In this document: piece after piece, positions 61,801-64,000 of the stretch
Position numbering within the stretch: position 1 is the first letter of the stretch
Layout: each line of letters starts with the position of its first letter
From: Macrostomum lignano
Taxonomy: Eukaryota
Length of the DNA stretch: 64,000 bases
Reading direction: 5' to 3'
Assembly: GCA_002269645.1 (NCBI GenBank)
Contig: NIVC01001814.1
Span: 62,001 to 126,000, forward strand
Notes under the pieces: generated by a model
What the model saw: the letters and a program-made list of their open reading frames with translations, nothing else
Database searches by the model: none
What the model was told of the DNA's origin: nothing
Translations under genes and position numbers: made by a program

Positions 61801-61944
61801 CTGGCAAGTGTTGTGGCCGATTAGTCAGTCAGTGTCTGATTTCTGCGCACCCATCGATTTTTATACTGGCTATGCACAGCTTCAGGAATGTACGTCTTCA
61901 AGTGTACATCGATAATGTTTATCTTCATTAGTTCGAAGGCCATG

Positions 61945-62282
61945 TACTCGTACGTCTTCAAGTGTACACCGGCTATGTACATCTTTGATTGTACATCTTC
62001 AAGTGTACATCTTCAAGTGTACATCTTCAAGTGTACATCTTCAAGTGTACATCTTCAAGTGTACATCTTCAAGTATACATCTTCAAGTATACATCTTCAA
62101 GTGTACATCTTCAAGTGTACATCTTCAAGTGTACATCTTCAAGTGTACATCTTCATGTGTACATCTTCAAGTGTATACCGGCAATGTACCTCTTCAAGTG
62201 TACACCCAACAATGTAACTCTTCAAGTGTACATCCAACAATGTACATCTTTAAGTGTACACCGACAATGTACATCTTCAGAA
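61945..62282. repeat. 14-bp minisatellite
   Basis: Unit TCAAGTGTACATCT. Confidence 0.93.
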
Positions 62283-62827
62283 GTGCAGTGTCTGAATAGC
62301 TTGCTCGTGGAGCAGTCCTGTTCATATCCCCAAGCGCCATCATCCCGAACACACTGGAGACTGACTGGCTGTCAGCTGTTTCCTGTCTCAACTTCGCGCT
62401 CACCCCCAGTCTCTCGCTGGTCTCCCGTTTGAGGCCGAGCATTTGGTTCAGAGTATTTGAGTCTGTCTGGACAAAAACTTTTTTCTGACTAAAATAGTCG
62501 AGCCATTGTTCATTGTTTGCAACCAGTGTGCTCTGCTTTCGTCCCTGAACTTGTCTTTTTTAGAACAATTGGAGCAAATAGAGTTTTTTGGCTGTACTAA
62601 CTTTTGTTGCAGCGATTTTGTTCTGTTAAAAAAATAATTCTAGACATTTAGGTTGTGATTATGAGCAGTTTTGTAATTTCGTGTTTTAATACTTTGCGCC
62701 ACTTAAGCGTTTGCACTAACTTGTCCATTGTGTATGCAGTAAATTATGAGTTAGAATGATCAGGTGGGGGGCGATTTTTATTGGAGGACGCGCGTCTTTC
62801 AAGGCGCGCCTCTTCACTTAATAGGGC

Positions 62828-63392
62828 GCCACTTCTCAAAAGAAATGGCGCCTTTCCTCAAATGAAATGGTGCCTCTTCTCAAAAGAAATGGCGCCTCTC
62901 CCCAAATGAAATGGCGCCTCTCCTCAAAATGAAATGGCGCCTCTCCTCGAATGAAATGGCGCCTCTCCCCAAATGAAATGGCACCTCTCCCCAAATGAAA
63001 TGGCGCCTCTCCTCAAAATGAAATTGTGCCTCTCCTCAAAATGAAATGGCGCCTCTCCTCAAAATGAAATGGCGCCTCTCCTCAAAATGAAATGGCGCCT
63101 CTCCTCAAAATGAAATGGCGCCTCTCCTCAAATGAAATGGCGCCTCTCCTCAAAATGAAATGGCGCCTCTCCTCAAAATGAAATGGCGCCTCTCCTCAAA
63201 ATAAAATGGCGCCTCTCCCCAAATGAAATGGCGCCTCTCCTTAACAAAATAGCGCCTCTCCTCAAAATGAAATGGCGCCTCTCCTCAAAATGAAATGGCG
63301 CCTCTCCCCAAATGAAATGGCGCCTCTCCTCAATTGAAATGGCGCCTCTCCCAAATGAAATGGCGCCTCTCCCCAAATGAAATGGCACCCCT
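62828..63392. repeat. 22-23-bp minisatellite
   Basis: Unit AAATGAAATGGCGCCTCTCCTCA. Confidence 0.94.
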
Positions 63393-63744
63393 GAAATGAT
63401 TGCCGCTAGAGCAGAGCTTATTGTTATCTATGCTTATCGAGCTTAGGCCTCCTACCGAGACTTACAGAGTTAAGGCTGCTCACCACTTCTAAAAACTCAA
63501 TCGATTTTTCGCACTAATTGCTTGTCTAATTGCTTTTTTATGTCAGTGTTTCCGTTCGCATATTTTCGGTCCTGACTGTTCCGTCAATAACTTGACTTGT
63601 CTTTCCTGTAAATAAACGCTTTGTGTTTTGCATTGAAATGAAAAAAATATTGATTTTCTGAAAGCTCTGGGTGCTCTAGATCAGACTGGAGCACCTGGCA
63701 CCTTGAGATGTTGGAATCTTGTCTTGCGCGTTTCCTATTAGGTG

Positions 63745-64000
63745 TGACAGGCTAGAAAGTGACAGACTAGAGAGTGGGTAGAGAGTGACAGAGTAGAGAG
63801 TGACAGACTAGAGAATGAAAGATGAGAGAATGCCAGAGTAGAGAGTGACAGACTAGAGAGTGACAGACTCGAGAGTGACAGGCTAGAGAGTGACGGACGA
63901 GAAAGTGACGTGATAGAGAGTGACAGACTAGAGAGTGACAGGATAGAGAGTGACAGACTAGAGAGTGACAGGCTAGAGAGTGACGGACGAGAAAGTGACG
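63745..64000. repeat. 15-bp minisatellite, runs off the window end
   Basis: Unit GAGAGTGACAGACTA. Confidence 0.9.

Noticed and set aside
58321-61915. ORFs of 400-1136 aa in all three plus frames
   Set aside because: The 25-bp pyrimidine-rich unit lacks stop codons and cycles through all frames. The peptide is a translation artefact.
474-63392. Six-base palindromes shared across satellites (GAGCTC, ACTAGT, ACCGGT, TTCGAA, TGTACA, GGCGCC) as a common signal
   Set aside because: The motifs differ between arrays, several arrays have none, and I cannot show enrichment over chance without computation.

Overview
Eukaryotic (animal) genomic DNA with GT-AG spliceosomal introns, GC-rich exons in AT-rich spacers and many minisatellites. 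The style resembles an invertebrate such as a Macrostomum-type flatworm (inference only). I reconstructed eight genes by hand from splice sites, most only partly visible in the ORF track: a PPEF/rdgC phosphatase (one long exon, 1-nt frameshift), a PLAC8-domain protein, a two-LIM CSRP/MLP protein, a GM2-activator-like ML protein, hyccin/FAM126, PPP2R3C, a Tim17/22/23-family (NDUFA11-like) protein and a 6-exon ephrin with a GPI-like tail. A weak RhoGAP-like exon lies near the right end. Mobile DNA includes a 5'-truncated RTE-like LINE with a 12-bp TSD, three copies of a tRNA-headed SINE, two mariner relics, a hAT-like MITE and a nested 266-bp MITE. There are about 17 tandem arrays, several filling introns, and a 277-N gap flanked by a duplicated segment. 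The most unusual signal is a ~3-kb intronic array whose 30/33-nt unit reads as a GT...AG mini-intron on the sense strand. The very long repeat ORFs are mostly by-products of the arrays.
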